Source: Candidatus Poribacteria bacterium
GTDB lineage: Bacteria > Poribacteria > WGA-4E > WGA-3G
Direction of reading: 5' to 3'
Assembly: GCA_965205015.1 (NCBI GenBank)
Contig: OZ242029.1
Span: 2,816,001 to 2,880,000 of the forward strand
Length of the DNA: 64,000 nt
Shown: piece by piece, positions 1 to 9,937 of the stretch
Layout of the letters: each line of letters opens with the position of its first letter
How positions within the stretch are numbered: the first letter of the stretch is position 1
Made by a program: the position numbers and the translations under genes
The notes under the pieces: model-generated
What the model saw: the letters and a program-made list of their open reading frames with translations, nothing else
The model's database searches: none
What the model was told of the DNA's origin: nothing

Positions 1-1
1 A

Positions 2-310
2 GTTATCGGAGCAGACACCTTAGCTCTCAAAAACATCATTGATCAGCAGGTTCAGATAGCTGATAGCGAAGGGGCGCCCGGGGAAAAAGTCAACATAATT
101 TTAAACATGGAACGGGTCCAGATGATGGATAGTTCCGGCTTAGGAGTACTTGTCTCCTCTTATACCACTATCCGACGCAACGAAGGGAACATCGTCCTCT
201 TGAACCTCGGCGGCAACGTCAGAAGTCTTATTGTCATGGCGAAATTGATGACGATTTTTGACTGCTATGATACTGAAGCAGAAGCAATAGCTGGAATCCT
301 ACGGACGTAA
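2..310 (+). CDS. STAS-domain anti-sigma-factor antagonist (5' partial)
   Basis: Frame is open from base 2. Contains the RsbV/SpoIIAA phosphoacceptor motif 'MMDSSGLGVLV'. Confidence 0.85.
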   Translation, partial: VIGADTLALKNIIDQQVQIADSEGAPGEKVNIILNMERVQMMDSSGLGVLVSSYTTIRRNEGNIVLLNLGGNVRSLIVMAKLMTIFDCYDTEAEAIAGILRT

Positions 311-413
311 AGGGTTGTCAGTTATGGGTTCGGGTTTTCTACGAAAACCCTTTCAGTTGTCGGTGAAGAAGGTCTCTTTAAACGAAAACTTCTTAACCGA
401 TAACCATAAAAAA

Positions 414-1133
414 ATGGAAATACGTATCTCTAAAGACCTTGAAGAAGACACCAGTCTATGGCACAAATGCACTGGGTGCCAAGAGTTCGCTTTCAGAAAC
501 GAACTTGAACGCAACTTTTATATCTGCTCATATTGTGGCGCGCTGTTCCCTCTCCTCGCTGAAAAACGGCTTGAGTACTTACTGGATGACTTACCAACGA
601 CAGAAATCATATCCGCTAAGGAATCCGGACTTATCGCTGAAGGAATGATTGCAGGGCATCCAGTCTGTCTGTTCATCGCTGACATAGATGTGATTCCCGC
701 CGAACTTGACGGATCCTTTTTTCTTACTGCGATTAATACTGCTTTACAAAAACAGATTCCATTGATTACGATTGTCGCGTGCCAACCGACTGGACCGCGA
801 GCAGCTTTGGCAGAAACCACCTACTTAACGATGCAGATGGAGCGGTTAGCAGATACACCACTTCCCCATATCACTGTTTTAACTGAAACGGAAGTGTATC
901 CATTGGCGACGTATCTTCCAGTCGGCGAACTGGTTATCGCAGAAGGCACAGTCCCCAGAAAAAAGTCGGCAGCCCCGAATCTACAGCCTGCGCTGCATGC
1001 CCCAGAAGAACAGCTTCTGACACAGCCGTCACCATCCGAAAAAGACGTTGAACCTGACATAAGTGTTGATTGTTATATCCCTCGTGAGGAACTGCCAAGT
1101 ACATTGGGATTATTTCTGAGATTTTTTAAATGA
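414..1133 (+). CDS. AccD-like protein (N-terminal Zn ribbon, degenerate carboxyltransferase domain)
   Basis: 'LWHKCTGC...ICSYCG' matches the AccD C4 zinc finger. MGGSMG, GGARMQE and PTTGG motifs are missing. Start moved to ATG 414 because the upstream part is a repeat element. Confidence 0.6.
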   Translation: MEIRISKDLEEDTSLWHKCTGCQEFAFRNELERNFYICSYCGALFPLLAEKRLEYLLDDLPTTEIISAKESGLIAEGMIAGHPVCLFIADIDVIPAELDGSFFLTAINTALQKQIPLITIVACQPTGPRAALAETTYLTMQMERLADTPLPHITVLTETEVYPLATYLPVGELVIAEGTVPRKKSAAPNLQPALHAPEEQLLTQPSPSEKDVEPDISVDCYIPREELPSTLGLFLRFFK

Positions 1134-1250
1134 TGATTTTTCGCGCTATGGGCATTTCACCCCTACGGAATGAAATTAGGTTCTCCTTAAATGGCATAAT
1201 TTATCTTTGCTTTACATTTGGAGCAGTGCCCAGATTCCCATAATTAAAAA

Positions 1251-2552
1251 ATGAAAAAAGACGTTTTGCGTGACGATCCGAATAATATAGGCATCTCTGA
1301 AAACAGGGCTAAACGCGTGTCCTTTGCCAACCAGAAATTTAAAGAAATCTTCGGTAGTGCCCCCGCATTTGTTGCATCCGCTCCGGGCAGAGTGAACCTC
1401 ATCGGTGAACATACAGATTACAACGACGGTTATGTATTCCCAGTGGCGATTGATAAATATATCAACATCGCTGCTCGAAAGCGACCCGATAGACGTGTGA
1501 GTTTACATGCTTTGGATGTCAACGATTCCTACGAATTCTGTCTCGATGCGCTCCCTTCTATTCAGCAGGATGCACCGGCATGGTGTCATTATCTCATCGG
1601 GGTTGCGTCTCTCCTACAAACATCGGGCAAAAAAGTATTTGGGGTAGATGCTGTGATCACAGGCGACGTGCCGATTGGTGCCGGTTTGAGTTCTTCAGCG
1701 GCGCTTTCAGTTTCAGCCGCACTGACTTTCTTAACCGCCAGTGCTTCATCTGAAATTTGGGGGAGCGAGCTGTACTCGCGACAATCAGAGAATGATAATA
1801 AAGAACTCGCTGCGTTGTGCCAGCGGGTAGAACACGAATTTGTCGGTGTTAATTGTGGTATCATGGATCAGACCATCTCGCTGCTGGGGCGGGAAAATCA
1901 GGCACTATTTCTGGACTGTCGTTCGCTGGAACACGAACATGTTCCACTCAGCTTAGAGACCACCCACTATATTGTTATTTGTAACACGAAAGTGAAACGC
2001 GAACTTGCCGCTTCTGAATACAATAAACGTCGCGCGGAATGTGAGAAAGGCGTTGCAGTCCTTAAAAAATGGTTGCCCGACATCTCTTCGCTCCGGGACA
2101 TTACGTTAACAGATTTCAAAAAACATGAAGAAGAACTTCCGGCGTTAACACAAAAGAGGTGTCGGTATGTGATTGAGGAGAATACCCGTGTATTAGACGC
2201 CGTTGCTGTGCTGAAAATGCGACACCTACAAACAGAAACCGAAGAAACAGAGGCGTCGCTCGCACAATTCGGTAGACTGATGAACGCGTCGCACAACGGG
2301 CTTCGGGATGACTACGAAGTCAGTTGTAGTGAGTTAGATTTGCTTACCGACGTTGCTCGCGGCATCACAGGTGTAATCGGGAGTCGAATGACAGGTGCCG
2401 GTTTTGGTGGGTGCACAGTTAACATCGTTCATAAAGACGTTTTAGAAACGTTCCAAACGCTCGTGACGACAGAGTACCACAAACACACCGGTATTGAACC
2501 TGAAATTTATCTCTGTAATGTCAGTGACGGCGCACAAGTTTTCTTTTTTTAA
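1251..2552 (+). CDS. galK: Galactokinase
   Basis: Motifs APGRVNLIGEHTDYNDG, GAGLSSSAA, CGIMDQ and RMTGAGFGG. Confidence 0.95.
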   Translation: MKKDVLRDDPNNIGISENRAKRVSFANQKFKEIFGSAPAFVASAPGRVNLIGEHTDYNDGYVFPVAIDKYINIAARKRPDRRVSLHALDVNDSYEFCLDALPSIQQDAPAWCHYLIGVASLLQTSGKKVFGVDAVITGDVPIGAGLSSSAALSVSAALTFLTASASSEIWGSELYSRQSENDNKELAALCQRVEHEFVGVNCGIMDQTISLLGRENQALFLDCRSLEHEHVPLSLETTHYIVICNTKVKRELAASEYNKRRAECEKGVAVLKKWLPDISSLRDITLTDFKKHEEELPALTQKRCRYVIEENTRVLDAVAVLKMRHLQTETEETEASLAQFGRLMNASHNGLRDDYEVSCSELDLLTDVARGITGVIGSRMTGAGFGGCTVNIVHKDVLETFQTLVTTEYHKHTGIEPEIYLCNVSDGAQVFFF

Positions 2553-2569
2553 TAAAATAAAATAAAAAG

Positions 2570-3679
2570 ATGGAATATAGTATTGGCGTCGACCTTGGCG
2601 GAACAGACATTAAGGCGGGATTCGTCTCATCAAGCGGTGATATTTCTTGTCGGGTCGTGCTCCCTACAGATGTTGAGGTAGGAGGTCCCAAAGTCGTGGC
2701 GGCTCGAATTGCGGAAGCCGTTCGTCAAGTGCTTGTAAAAGCCAGCGGTTTCCTTCAGAAAGAGAGGGGACAGTCGTCAGGGTTGACAGCTGAACGCCGA
2801 GGGTCGAAAGCCATTAAAAGCGAGATTTGGGTTGGACTGGGATCCCCGGGACTTATCATCGCTGAAACAGGCGTTGTCCACTTTTCACCTAATTTTCCGG
2901 GTTGGAGTGACATCCCACTTGTGGATTATGTGAATGCTGAACTGGCGAAATTACACGTTCCAAAGGCAACCGCGAACGATAACTCACAAACCGATAGTAA
3001 TGAAAGGATTCAGAGTTGGAAACCCCTCCTACGCGGTATGGATAACGATGTGAATGCGATGACCTTGGGCGAACTTCGTCACGGTGCTGGTGTTGGGTAC
3101 GAAAACATCGTCGCATTAACACTCGGTACAGGCGTAGGCGGGGGTGTTGTGATTGACGGACAAGTTTACCACGGAAGTCAGAATACTGCGGGCGAACTTG
3201 GACATACTGTCGTTGAACCCAACGGGCGTTACTGTGGGTGTGGGAATCAAGGGTGTCTTGAGGCGTATGCTGGCGCGAAACATATCGTTGAACGGACCGC
3301 GGAGAAAGTACAGACAGGACGGTCTACAATTTTAGCCAAAGCCATAAGGGATAGAACAGTACTAACACCACAGCAAATAGCGGAGGCGGCACATGCAGGG
3401 GACAAAATCGCAATGGAGATTTTTGCTGAAACAGGACGGTATATAGGCATTGCCCTCACCTCAATCGCGCACATCCTCAACCCACAAATTGCGATTATCG
3501 GAGGCGGTATAGCGGAAGCGGGTGAAAAACTTCTCTTTGAACCTATCCGTGCTGAATTTTCCAAACGTGCTATGGATATTCCAGCGCGGATGAAGATCGT
3601 AAAGGCGTACCTCGGAAACGACGCGGGCATTGTGGGTGCGGCGATGCTCGCCCTTGAGAGTGAGAAGCCGGTATTGTAG
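2570..3679 (+). CDS. ROK-family sugar kinase (glucokinase)
   Basis: Motifs GVDLGGT, DNDVNA, LGTGVGGG and GELGH...CGCGNQGCLE. Confidence 0.92.
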   Translation: MEYSIGVDLGGTDIKAGFVSSSGDISCRVVLPTDVEVGGPKVVAARIAEAVRQVLVKASGFLQKERGQSSGLTAERRGSKAIKSEIWVGLGSPGLIIAETGVVHFSPNFPGWSDIPLVDYVNAELAKLHVPKATANDNSQTDSNERIQSWKPLLRGMDNDVNAMTLGELRHGAGVGYENIVALTLGTGVGGGVVIDGQVYHGSQNTAGELGHTVVEPNGRYCGCGNQGCLEAYAGAKHIVERTAEKVQTGRSTILAKAIRDRTVLTPQQIAEAAHAGDKIAMEIFAETGRYIGIALTSIAHILNPQIAIIGGGIAEAGEKLLFEPIRAEFSKRAMDIPARMKIVKAYLGNDAGIVGAAMLALESEKPVL

Positions 3680-3697
3680 CACAAGAATTCGGGGTTA

Positions 3698-3816
3698 TAT
3701 AGTAAAACCCGTAATTACTTATACACTAACACAAGGGCGAGGATACAATCCTCGCCAGCGGTGGTGGGGTGTTTGTTCCCTGACGAACTGTAAACATATT
3801 TTTGGATTTTACTATA
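3698..3816. mobile_element. MITE-like element, copy A (119 bp)
   Basis: Terminal inverted repeats TATAGTAAAA/TTTTACTATA and an internal GGCGAGG..CCTCGCC hairpin. Identical to 4740-4858. Confidence 0.85.
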
Positions 3817-3867
3817 AACCCCTCCGACAACATGTCACGGAAAAATTTATAGCCAGGGGGATCACAA

Positions 3868-4653
3868 ATGAAAAATACAGTCAGCAGTCAACAGTCGGCA
3901 TTGTCCCGCAGGTTTCCCACACGCGGAGACCTGCGGTGCCATCAGCAAGACGATGTTACTTCACCAGAAAACCTCTTTGCTGAAGGTTTCCGAAAGCCGG
4001 GCGCTAAGAGCCAATTGGCAAGGTGTATCTTAGAAATTTTAGCAGTGCTCTGTTTGTTAGCAATCCCGCTGAGTTGTTCAAAGGTCCCAGAGGTCCCTGA
4101 TTTCATCAAAGATACCTTCCAGCCAGAGATGATTGTCCCTGTGTTCGACCCGGATGCTCATATCATGCCGCAGACGGGGACTGTGGGTTATGTCAAAAAC
4201 GGTGTAAAAGCAATGGCGGTGCCACTCAACGATGTGAAGGCGGTTGATGCGTTTGGTATCTTTATCTACAATGGGACCGACCATTGGATATCCTTCAAAA
4301 AGAAGGAGTGCCTGATGCTTGATGGCACAGCAAACGTTACGAAGCCGATCGATAAATCACAGGAATCCTTTTACCTAAAGAAGAACTTCAGACCGAAACT
4401 GCCCCCTGAATTCGGGGCGGAAGTGTTCCGATGGGATAAGACTATTAGAATACAGGGCGGTCCAGCAGTACTCCCCAGAGAAGACCTTGAGAAAACAACC
4501 GTGATGCCCGGACAATACGCGAGATTCTTCCTCTATTTCCGTAAGCGGAGTATTAAATATAGCAGCTTGCGGATCATTGTGCCAAGAGTCACGAGTGATT
4601 TCAATGAACAGCAAACGACGTTCGTTTTCAAATTTAAAGTGCAACGCGGCTAA
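3868..4653 (+). CDS. Hypothetical lipoprotein
   Basis: Hydrophobic stretch and lipobox-like 'LLAIPLSC'. N-terminus extended by a repeat-derived segment. Confidence 0.6.
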   Translation: MKNTVSSQQSALSRRFPTRGDLRCHQQDDVTSPENLFAEGFRKPGAKSQLARCILEILAVLCLLAIPLSCSKVPEVPDFIKDTFQPEMIVPVFDPDAHIMPQTGTVGYVKNGVKAMAVPLNDVKAVDAFGIFIYNGTDHWISFKKKECLMLDGTANVTKPIDKSQESFYLKKNFRPKLPPEFGAEVFRWDKTIRIQGGPAVLPREDLEKTTVMPGQYARFFLYFRKRSIKYSSLRIIVPRVTSDFNEQQTTFVFKFKVQRG

Positions 4654-4707
4654 ATACGCGTCCGTGAAGAAGTTTGAACTATGATCTGTAAGGTTATCGG
4701 ATGTGCC

Positions 4708-5892
4708 ATGATTAGCGGTCGGATAATCATAGCAAATCTTATAGTAAAACCCGTAATTACTTATACACTAACACAAGGGCGAGGATACAATCCTCGCCAG
4801 CGGTGGTGGGGTGTTTGTTCCCTGACGAACTGTAAACATATTTTTGGATTTTACTATAAAATCATAAAAACCCCGGTTCTGACTTTCCTCCTCGTGCTCT
4901 ATTTGGGTTGCACCCTACCCGAAAGCGAAATTGCGCAGGGAAATCCGCAGAAAATCCCCAAGCAAAAATCCCAAGCAAAAATCCCGATCGAAATCCTTCT
5001 CTCGAACCGTGAACGGCAGGCACCCCCTATAGTGGGGATTCGTTACATCCAAACGCTCGGTAGGGCGGGACAAGGCGCGGGCGAATTTCGGACCCCTTTG
5101 GGGCTTGCAATAGATGAACAAGACAGAATCTACATCGCCGATGCCGGTAACAATCGGGTGCAAGTGATTGACGATGCTGGAAATTATATCATAGAATTCG
5201 GAAGTCGTGGATGGCAGACAGGGGAATTCGATCACCCCACGGATATAGCGTTGAGTTTTCAAAGAAGGTACCGCCTCTATGTAGCAGACACGGGTAACAA
5301 TCGGGTGCAATACTGCAATTTTGTTGATCGTATTTTTTATCCAATCAGTGAGAGCGCAGATGGTGTCCTCCTCGACCGTCCTGAAGGTATCGGTATTGGA
5401 CGAAATGGTGAAGTGTATGTCGTTGACACAGGCAATCACCGCTGGATTGAATTCAACGTCGCAGGCGTTCCTGTTGTAGTACGAGGCAGCTTCGGGAGCG
5501 GGAGCGAACAATTCTGGAATCCAACAGATCTGGATGTTGATGCCCACGGAAATGTTTACATCGTTGATACAGGCAATCATCTCATAAAAAAATACGACTT
5601 TAGTGGTAATCCTATTGACATGTGGGGTGGCGAAGGCGACGCACTTGGACAATTGCGGGAACCGAAGTGTATCACCTTAGACGAATGGAATTATCTCTAT
5701 GTAACGGACAGCGGCAACAGACGTATTCAAGTGTTTGCACCTGATGGCAGAAGCATCACAGAATTCAGTGCCCCCACGCTTCAGGAACCCGTAGGTATCG
5801 CCGTCTCGAAAACCGGACGTGTCTTTGTGAGTGACGCCGAAGCGAATGACATAAAGGTGTTCCAAGTTTTTCGGAAAAAGTCTGAACCATGA
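4708..5892 (+). CDS. NHL-repeat beta-propeller lipoprotein (start uncertain)
   Basis: Repeated 'P.gia.d..g.vYVaDtgN.RvQ' NHL units. Lipobox-like 'LYLGC'. Confidence 0.85.
   Translation: MISGRIIIANLIVKPVITYTLTQGRGYNPRQRWWGVCSLTNCKHIFGFYYKIIKTPVLTFLLVLYLGCTLPESEIAQGNPQKIPKQKSQAKIPIEILLSNRERQAPPIVGIRYIQTLGRAGQGAGEFRTPLGLAIDEQDRIYIADAGNNRVQVIDDAGNYIIEFGSRGWQTGEFDHPTDIALSFQRRYRLYVADTGNNRVQYCNFVDRIFYPISESADGVLLDRPEGIGIGRNGEVYVVDTGNHRWIEFNVAGVPVVVRGSFGSGSEQFWNPTDLDVDAHGNVYIVDTGNHLIKKYDFSGNPIDMWGGEGDALGQLREPKCITLDEWNYLYVTDSGNRRIQVFAPDGRSITEFSAPTLQEPVGIAVSKTGRVFVSDAEANDIKVFQVFRKKSEP
4740..4858. mobile_element. MITE-like element, copy B, inside the 5' end of the NHL ORF
   Basis: Identical to 3698-3816. 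Confidence 0.85.
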
Positions 5893-6010
5893 TTTATCTG
5901 ATGGATCTGATGGATGTGATGCGCTGCTTTCGTAATCACGATTTATCACATAAATCAGGGAAATCTCGATCATGATTGATGAGCCAGCGATATAAGAGGG
6001 CAGATGTGTC

Positions 6011-9000
6011 ATGATTATCGGAGGTCTCGTCATCAGGGTAATCAAACAAATCATAAAAATTCTGGTTCTGACTATTTGCTTGTGTGTGCTACCACATCCG
6101 AGTGGGATAGCCCAAAACCTCCCTAACGACGAAGCCACAGTTCTTGAATTTCCCACTTTTTCCGTCCTCCAGAAAACAGAGTCCGTTGAGTTGAAATCAG
6201 GAGAACAAGCATTCACGGTGAGGTATCCACCGATTCTGCCAAACAGCGAGCGGGTAACAGAAGCGGATGGGAAGGTGCTCGTGCGAGGTATCGACTATCA
6301 GATCGATTTCTATTTAGGCAAAATCACTGTAGGGGAAACCGGTCTTGTGCCTGCCCAAACGGATCTTAAGATAACCTACCGAACATTGCCCTTCGCGATT
6401 AAACAGGTCTATAAACGCGACCTTTACGGAACAGCGGACAGCGATCAGCGGTCAGCGGTCAGCGGTCAGCAAGAGAGTCGTCAGCAGTCAGAAACCGTCG
6501 ATGGTCAGCAAAGAGATTTTCTTACTGAAGATTTCCAACAGCCGACAACCGACAGTCAATTAGAAGTATCCGGCAGTCAGACATTCGGTATCTCGGTTGG
6601 CAGTGGACGGGGTGTGTCGCCGAATCAAGAACTCCGCGTCAATGTTGAGGGGAAAGCCTCTGAAAATATCACTGTCTTGGCACTGCTATCCGATCAGGAT
6701 CTGCCCATCCAACCCGAAGGCACAACCGAAAATATTCAAGACATCGATCAGAAATTGATTCGTATTGCGCATCCGAACATGAGGGGAACCTTAGGGGATT
6801 TTGAAGGCTCGCTCGGTGCATCGGAGTTTATTTTTTTTCCACGCGCATTGGAAGGGGTACAGGTTGAAGGCGATTTCAAGTGGGTGGACTTTCACTTCAT
6901 TCCAACTGCTATTCCGAAGGGTCAGTCTACGAGTTTAGTGCTTCGCGGTGAAGAAGGACGTAGTGAATATCGGCTCACAGTTGATGGGCGATACGTCATT
7001 GTGAAAGCGGGCAGTGAAATCGTCTGGCTGAACGGTGAAAGGATGCGGCGCGGCGAAAACAACGATTATATTATCCGTGAATATGGGGATCCAATTGTCG
7101 AGTTTAACAGCAAACATCTCATAACGAGCAACGATGTGATTCGGATCGATTTTGAATATATCCCGGAAGATCGGGCGTACCAACAGAATCTTTACGGATT
7201 CAGCAGCGTCTTCACACTGCCGGGTGAGCGTTTAACACTTGGGGCATCCTACGCCGTTGAAGCAGATCTCAGTCAACCCGAACAGACGCTCATCAAGTTT
7301 GAAGATGCGGAACTGGAGGCTCTTCGCCAAAACATCCTTAATCCGAAGGAAGATGAATCACCGCTCGTACCACCACAAAAGCATACTGTATGGGGGCTGG
7401 AGAGTCGTCTGAACATTACAGAACAAGCGTGGATTCAAGGCGAACTCGCCTATAGTAATCTTGATAAAAACACCTATTCCACTGTCGATCGGAAAGAGGT
7501 GAGTCAGGCATGGAAATTAATCGGTTACGCCGACTGGGACTTTGCGACATGGACCGACCAACTACGTCCTAAATTGACCACAAACCTTGACATACGCTCG
7601 ATGGACGCTGACTTCGTGCCGGTCGGTGCTTCAAGCGGCAACCGGACCCGTTCGCGTTACGAAACGCAATACGCCAAAGAGGGTTTTGATGATGCGTTCC
7701 TACTCGACGCTGCAAGCAGCCCACGAGGTTCCCAAGACGAGAGAACCATGAATTTCGACATCCGAATGATGCCGACAGATTGGTTAGCGGTTGACGCGGG
7801 GGTCGGTAGAAGCGAAGAGAGAGCCCCAGAGAGTCGTCAGTTACCAGTTGTAGGGGCGGGGTTACCCCGCCCTTACGGAGGAGATCTCGCTCAATCAGAT
7901 CCCTCTTTAACCGACACCCGACACCTGACAACTGATAACGATTCAACCATCCGCAACAATTTCAACTGGGGCGTCAACTTCAATCGACGTTCAGGCATGG
8001 GGCAGGTAAGTCGAACCTTCACACCTGTAGGCGGGCACTCCGGTTCCGGACTGCCTATAAGCACACCAGAGAGGAATCCGATAGGAGGGGAAGAAATACC
8101 CAAGCAAAAACACTCCGATTCCCGACAAAGCACATCTGCAGGATCGCGATTCCTGAAAAAGTTGCCGAATCTTCGCTGGGATGACTATCGTAGCAGTTCC
8201 CGGACGGAGGGTGAAGATTCAACAAGGACACAATCGCTACAGAAATCACGTCAAGAGGGAAATCTGTCGTATCCGCTCGGTCCGTTCAGAATTTTGGGAA
8301 CATTCGGGCGAGTGGCGTCGAACGAAGCGCGGAATGCGACGCTCAATCGAAAGCGGAACCGTGCAACCGGACGTATTGATCTTGCTGAATTCAAATGGGC
8401 ATCTTTGAACACCAGCTATGAGCTTGAGGAGGCTTTTGCAAAAGAACCCTTGCTCACTGTTGATGACGAGCCTATCGGTTTGTCGGATTGGCAGCGGAAC
8501 ACCACCGCACGGACTTGGAAGGTAGGTATCCTTTCACAGCAACAATCCTTTCTCAGCGGCGGGGTGAATCTGACGGCAAACATTGCGCGCCGAATGTTGA
8601 AAGCACACACCGATCTCGGGGCAAATACAACCACGCAACTCGCCGATATCAACCTCCAACTCACACCCCTCAGCCGGGCGATTGATATAGAAATCGCTTA
8701 TGAATTAGATAAAAAACTGACGAGTCAACGCCGCGAGGTCTATACCGACATCCATCCCCACACCGGCATTCTGCTCCAACCCGGTGAAGGATACTACGTA
8801 AAACTGGACGATCTACACTACGTAGAGGATCCAGAAGAAGGCACCTATATCAAGATCTATCAAAATGTGGGGGATAAACCGACAACAGCGGTAGATGCGG
8901 AATTCCGGGTCCGTTTTCAACCCCGACAGTTTTTCGCACGACGTGCCAGAGCCAGGCAACAGCAGCAACGCGACTCGATGTTGAAACGTGATAGTTTACG

Positions 9001-9922
9001 CCCGAATAGCCATCAGCAGTCAGGCGTCAGCGGTCAGCAAAAGAACCTCTTAACTGACGGTTTCCGACAGCCGACAGCCGACAGCCGGTTAGAGTGGTTT
9101 CTCAAGGCACTCAGAGGTCAAACCCGGTTATGGTTGACCGAAGAACAGGAGGTCGAGGACGCGGTATCGCTCTATCTGCTCCAAAGTCTACAAGGCTCAG
9201 AAACGCTTTTTGGGCGTTTGAATCAGCACCATCGATTTGAATTTTCGCCATCACCAGCGTTCAGTTTCGAGGTCAACCTTCGTGCTGGGGAGACGCTCAA
9301 TCGGCGGATTAATAACCAAGAACGCCACAGACGACATCGGACGTATGATGTAGGTCTCTCCGTGAACCCTACGCAACGCATGTCCTTCGGTGCGAACTGG
9401 GAACGACGCCGAGAAACTGAGAAATACAGTCAATTCCAAATTGAGGAGCTTACACAGGAAACCGAGACGATACCGAACAGGGGAGCCCTTCCCTCAACGC
9501 CTATCTCAGACCTGCGCCAATTTGAAGAGACGACTGAATTAAGCCTCCGGTATGAACTCAGCAGTTCCGTGCGGTGGAGCGGTATCGGAGGGTATAAACG
9601 GACGACTGACGAAGAGCGTCTCGACGAGGAGCCGGAAGCCAGAACGCGGACCTTCTTTTATGAAAACCGCGTCACGTATAGTCTCATCGGCAAGGGACGC
9701 CTCGATGTGAACTATAAACTCGGTTACGGCGAGAGTAAGGGGGGGATCCCCTTTGCGCAGTACACTTTCTACGAAGGCATTAGCCACGAAGTCCGCACAA
9801 CCGCGGATTACAGATTACGAAAGTTCACCGATCTCCTGTTTCGGCTCAATTATCGGTTGCTCTCCACAAAACAGCGGAAACCCGAGCACCGTCTGGAGAT
9901 GACGGTCAGTGCGGAACTTTAA
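6011..9922 (+). CDS. Large exported, probable outer-membrane beta-barrel protein (SprA-related hypothetical family)
   Basis: Signal peptide, N-terminal 'SDQDLPIQPEGTTENIQDID' motif, and alternating beta-strand patterns up to the C-terminus. Confidence 0.6.
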   Translation: MIIGGLVIRVIKQIIKILVLTICLCVLPHPSGIAQNLPNDEATVLEFPTFSVLQKTESVELKSGEQAFTVRYPPILPNSERVTEADGKVLVRGIDYQIDFYLGKITVGETGLVPAQTDLKITYRTLPFAIKQVYKRDLYGTADSDQRSAVSGQQESRQQSETVDGQQRDFLTEDFQQPTTDSQLEVSGSQTFGISVGSGRGVSPNQELRVNVEGKASENITVLALLSDQDLPIQPEGTTENIQDIDQKLIRIAHPNMRGTLGDFEGSLGASEFIFFPRALEGVQVEGDFKWVDFHFIPTAIPKGQSTSLVLRGEEGRSEYRLTVDGRYVIVKAGSEIVWLNGERMRRGENNDYIIREYGDPIVEFNSKHLITSNDVIRIDFEYIPEDRAYQQNLYGFSSVFTLPGERLTLGASYAVEADLSQPEQTLIKFEDAELEALRQNILNPKEDESPLVPPQKHTVWGLESRLNITEQAWIQGELAYSNLDKNTYSTVDRKEVSQAWKLIGYADWDFATWTDQLRPKLTTNLDIRSMDADFVPVGASSGNRTRSRYETQYAKEGFDDAFLLDAASSPRGSQDERTMNFDIRMMPTDWLAVDAGVGRSEERAPESRQLPVVGAGLPRPYGGDLAQSDPSLTDTRHLTTDNDSTIRNNFNWGVNFNRRSGMGQVSRTFTPVGGHSGSGLPISTPERNPIGGEEIPKQKHSDSRQSTSAGSRFLKKLPNLRWDDYRSSSRTEGEDSTRTQSLQKSRQEGNLSYPLGPFRILGTFGRVASNEARNATLNRKRNRATGRIDLAEFKWASLNTSYELEEAFAKEPLLTVDDEPIGLSDWQRNTTARTWKVGILSQQQSFLSGGVNLTANIARRMLKAHTDLGANTTTQLADINLQLTPLSRAIDIEIAYELDKKLTSQRREVYTDIHPHTGILLQPGEGYYVKLDDLHYVEDPEEGTYIKIYQNVGDKPTTAVDAEFRVRFQPRQFFARRARARQQQQRDSMLKRDSLRPNSHQQSGVSGQQKNLLTDGFRQPTADSRLEWFLKALRGQTRLWLTEEQEVEDAVSLYLLQSLQGSETLFGRLNQHHRFEFSPSPAFSFEVNLRAGETLNRRINNQERHRRHRTYDVGLSVNPTQRMSFGANWERRRETEKYSQFQIEELTQETETIPNRGALPSTPISDLRQFEETTELSLRYELSSSVRWSGIGGYKRTTDEERLDEEPEARTRTFFYENRVTYSLIGKGRLDVNYKLGYGESKGGIPFAQYTFYEGISHEVRTTADYRLRKFTDLLFRLNYRLLSTKQRKPEHRLEMTVSAEL

Positions 9923-9937
9923 CGTGAAATTAGTGAG

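Noticed and set aside
3630-3983. 117-aa ORF sharing a peptide with the N-terminus of 4681-5892
   Set aside because: The shared peptide is simply the translated MITE.
4915-5652. Long antisense ORFs (e.g. 4915-5652, 10401-11000, 36728-37243, 52766-53293)
   Set aside because: Shadows of well-supported genes on the opposite strand, with no recognisable motifs.
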